Origin: Psammoneis japonica
Lineage: Eukaryota
DNA: 64,000 nucleotides
Assembly: GCA_008632985.1 (NCBI GenBank)
Contig: QPGO01000025.1
Coordinates: 496,001 to 560,000, forward strand
Reading direction: 5' to 3'
This document shows positions 60,767-64,000 of this stretch, piece by piece. Positions within the stretch are counted from its first letter, which is position 1. Every line of letters begins with the position of its first letter. The position numbers were made by a program, and so were the translations under genes. The notes beneath the pieces were generated by a model. The model did not search any database and had not been told where the DNA came from. It worked only from the letters and a program-made list of their open reading frames with translations.

Positions 60767-61929
60767 GTGAGACGGTTTCTTTGCTTTGTCACTCTAGTCA
60801 TTGCGTTCCAGATTCCAGCAGGGAAAATTGAAAGGATCAGAGCCGAGAAAAATGGACCGCGAAATTTTCATTTGAGAAGACAACCGAAAAAGGGAGAAGT
60901 CGAGGGGAAGTCACCAAAAGAAGAAAGAGGCAACTCATTAACGACTAAAAATCGAAGTTAAATTCGAGGTGAAGTCGCCAAAAGAAACAAAGGGCAAATC
61001 ATTATCGGCGAAAAAAGTCGAACCGTGGTTCTCATTTTGATGAATAATTGATTTCAGAGCCCCCGACAGCGAAGCGAGACACGGCGTCGCCTAAGAACGA
61101 ACTCCAAAATGGGTTGATACCCGACGACTATGTTCTCATGCAAGAAAACACGTTGGCAGAGGAAGACACGGATTCTCAGTTTGATGATTTTTTCAGAGCC
61201 ACCGACAGCAAAGCGAGACACGGCATCGCCTATGATACGAACGGACGCAGAAGTGAGTTAATAACAGACGATTATGTTCTCATGCAAGACAATACAGAAT
61301 ACGTTGGCAAAGGAATACACAGACTTGTGGAAAGATCTCGATGAGAAAATCTTCAGGATGAGTATGACTTCGGCCCCCCACATCGCTCGCAACTTTTACG
61401 TCGCCAGGCCCGAGTGTCACCCCCACCTTTCTTCCAACGTCTACCACACCAAGCCCGGATTCCACCCCACCTTTCTTCCGGGAAGCGGGTCAGCATCTTT
61501 CTAATTTATTCGTAAAATGGACAATCGTGCAAATATTACGGGGAGACTACTATGAGCTGTTCACAACTGAAAATAACATTGGACGTTTTGCCGACAGAGG
61601 AGATCAAGCTTTTTTGACGTTTGGGCCGTACTACAATTGGACGTCTAAGGGAAGAATTATTGATTCAGATAAGTGCTGCATCTTTCTCGCAAATGATGGA
61701 CACAGCGGAAAACCTTTTGGCTATCCTCCGTCCGACGTTGCATTTGACGGTTGTACACAAAGGGTCATTCGCTGCTTAGTGATGTTATTCAATTATGTAC
61801 GGCGTATCTCATGTCTGTTGTAGCCTGTGATTCTCCTTCTTTTTTACAGGAGGTGAAGGACACGACATAGATAGTTACACGTTTGGCTGCGCGTGTCCAC
61901 CGGAGAAGCAGCCGATCTACAATCTGTAA
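60767..61929 (+). CDS. Possible multi-exon or fragmented hypothetical gene with internal duplications
   Basis: Consecutive + ORFs 60767-61823, repeated DDYVLMQ, and an acceptor-like tttttacag near 61849. Confidence 0.35.
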
Positions 61930-62138
61930 CTCATCAATTTCGGGGCCTCTTCATGGCTTCCTTTCTAAATGCCGTCTGTAGTATACAGCGTCTTCTAGCG
62001 CTGAATACGTGATACTGAAAGAATGAGTACCGGTAGCATGAATCAAATTAAGGATTCTCGTATGACAGAACATGACAGGCTAGGCCTAGAGAATCAGACG
62101 CAACCGCCCTGAACGACAACACGTTTTCAAATATAATC

Positions 62139-64000
62139 CTATGTGCCATGCTGAACTAAACCTCTATCGCTATGCGAACGGCGGAAAAGGCGTTGCTCCA
62201 AAACTTCTCGCGCCCAACGTTCTGCTCGTAAAGATCCCGACGAACTCTGAGACTGATCATCATCATCGACATTGGAATCATCCCTCCAAGAGGCGTTTGG
62301 AGATGGTGACGAAACACCGGTTTGGAGCATCCCCATGGTTGACCGGCGAGAGACAGTCTCGGAAAACGTATCCGATGCCGATCTTGTAAAGAGCATCCTG
62401 CTTCTTGAGCTTCGACGAGTCAGAGCCTTGTCCAGCTGATAGAATAGACGTTTGCGATTATTCGCGGTCTTGGTCCTTTCCAGCTCTGTTTTCTCGTCAA
62501 AGTCGGTCTTCACGAGCATTTCCATTACTTCAATGTCAAGACGCTCCAACGCACTGTGGTTGACGTGAGAGTTGTTTGGGCTTGCGCCTTCCAACCAAAA
62601 GGTCAACATGTCGCCCTTGCCCTTCATGTTTATTAATCCACGGGGTTTCAGGTAGTATTGTTCACCTGCGCGTTCGGTCAAATGGTCAAAGGTACGGCTT
62701 GAGCAGTGAATCTTTCCGGATGAACCGGAACTTTCGTGACGCGCCGTCGTGTTGACCGTGTCTCCAAACACACAGTATCGTGGATTGGTGACCCCCACAA
62801 TGCCGCTGGCGCAGGCTCCTGTATGAATTCCGATGCGCAGTTGAATCGGCTTGTTGTCAAGCGGCGACAGGACGTGCTTGCAGCAATGGTTTACGGCAAT
62901 GGCAAAATTGGCAACCTTTTCAGCGTGGTTCACATCAGCTTGAGGAAGTCCACTGCAGCACACATAAGCATCACCGATCGTTTCGACCTTGAATAGATCA
63001 AACTTCTTGGCGAGGAAATCCATGACGCAATAGAGTCGGTTCAGCATGCCAATAACCTCCCACGGGTACATCTTGTCGCAAATGTTTGTGAAGCCGACTA
63101 TATCAGAGAAGAACATGGTTACATGCTTGTGTAGCATCGGTTCCACCACTTTACCGGCGCGGAGACCCTCTGCTGCATGTCGCGGCAGCAATGATTCTAA
63201 TAGAGACTTTTCTCGTCGTAACGTTTGAGTCATCTGCTCGAGTTTCAGGCTGGAGTTAAACTGTGACGATAGATGCTCTCGAAGAAACATGGCTTCTCGG
63301 CATCCACCATGAACTGGAAGGTTAGACATGGTAAGGTCCATTTCGCGGAGCTCCTCCAAATTTTGTGCGTTCGGCGTTAAAATGAACATCATCTGGAGAG
63401 GGCTCACTGCGATACGTATAGCACTGGCGGTAAAGCGCAACTGCGTGTCGAAGATAGGTTCGACATTGAACAGCTGATCTTCTAGTTTTCGAAGCCAGCT
63501 CCAATCCCAAGTAAAGCCACGCGGTTGGGATACTTCAAAAATGTCCCCAATATGCTCGCCTACAAATTCGTCGCCTTCCTTGCCAAAAAGTTCTGCGAGG
63601 CTTTCACCTACCTGAATGATAAAAGAATCGCTGTCAACAATCACATGATGTGGAAAGAGCTTCCTCGTGATCTCCCCAGAAAGTCCAATCGACTTTTGCG
63701 ATTCAGTCACACTGGGGTCGACATCAGATGGCTCCCGGTAGCTACTCTGAGAAGACTTTCCTTCTGTGGAAGTTACAGTGGAGGCCGTCTTCTCGCAATG
63801 AAGTGGAGGCTGCCTTAGACCCGAAAATGGACATTTCGTGTTATGCATATCTGCGTTTGCCGCACTCTGCGAAGTGCAAGAGCTATCAGCATCTTTATCA
63901 AGGATAGATTGTGAGACTTCACTATGATCGATAACTTCAGATGATTTTCGTGGTGACGACAGTGGTTGGAATGGCTTCAGAAGGTTCGGGCGACGAAAAG
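62139..64000 (-). CDS. Soluble-type guanylate cyclase (H-NOBA/PAS + class III cyclase); frame open to the window end
   Basis: KLFPHHVIVD, VTMFFSDIVGFT, FKVETIGDAY, LRIGIHTG, PRYCVFGDTVNTTAR, MKGKG. The Glu and Cys residues indicate GTP specificity. Confidence 0.92.
   Translation of the reverse strand, partial: FRRPNLLKPFQPLSSPRKSSEVIDHSEVSQSILDKDADSSCTSQSAANADMHNTKCPFSGLRQPPLHCEKTASTVTSTEGKSSQSSYREPSDVDPSVTESQKSIGLSGEITRKLFPHHVIVDSDSFIIQVGESLAELFGKEGDEFVGEHIGDIFEVSQPRGFTWDWSWLRKLEDQLFNVEPIFDTQLRFTASAIRIAVSPLQMMFILTPNAQNLEELREMDLTMSNLPVHGGCREAMFLREHLSSQFNSSLKLEQMTQTLRREKSLLESLLPRHAAEGLRAGKVVEPMLHKHVTMFFSDIVGFTNICDKMYPWEVIGMLNRLYCVMDFLAKKFDLFKVETIGDAYVCCSGLPQADVNHAEKVANFAIAVNHCCKHVLSPLDNKPIQLRIGIHTGACASGIVGVTNPRYCVFGDTVNTTARHESSGSSGKIHCSSRTFDHLTERAGEQYYLKPRGLINMKGKGDMLTFWLEGASPNNSHVNHSALERLDIEVMEMLVKTDFDEKTELERTKTANNRKRLFYQLDKALTRRSSRSRMLFTRSASDTFSETVSRRSTMGMLQTGVSSPSPNASWRDDSNVDDDDQSQSSSGSLRAERWAREVLEQRLFRRSHSDRGLVQHGT

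Overview
Eukaryotic, gene-dense sequence with short GT-AG introns. Gene content and TE relics point to a diatom, probably a raphid pennate; the species is not determinable from the sequence. Ordinary host genes occupy about 1-22.5 kb, 40.9-49.5 kb and 56-64 kb: two TM9SF paralogues, FG-GAP protein, cystathionine beta-synthase, LRR protein, Pol5/MYBBP1A, U-box/Sel1, PX-BAR, EXS, DEP-DUF924, NOSIP, fibrillin-like, bZIP, DUF1826 and guanylate cyclase. Four blocks (about 22.6-25.6, 27.2-29.95, 32.7-40.45 and 49.75-55.9 kb) hold TE relics (copia-like gag, PIF/Harbinger, RLE non-LTR) and a repeated MYND-SET/SNF2 module. These blocks are almost devoid of TpA. Aligning duplicated copies inside the window shows systematic TA->TG/CA transitions, i.e. 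A->G in 5'-TAY-3' on either strand. Tyr codons become Cys/His and GTAAG splice donors become GCAAG, while CpG is largely intact in the less degraded copies. This looks like a repeat-targeted, RIP-like adenine hypermutation process separate from CpG decay, and is the main candidate novel system. Several host genes carry single-base frameshifts that are probably assembly errors.
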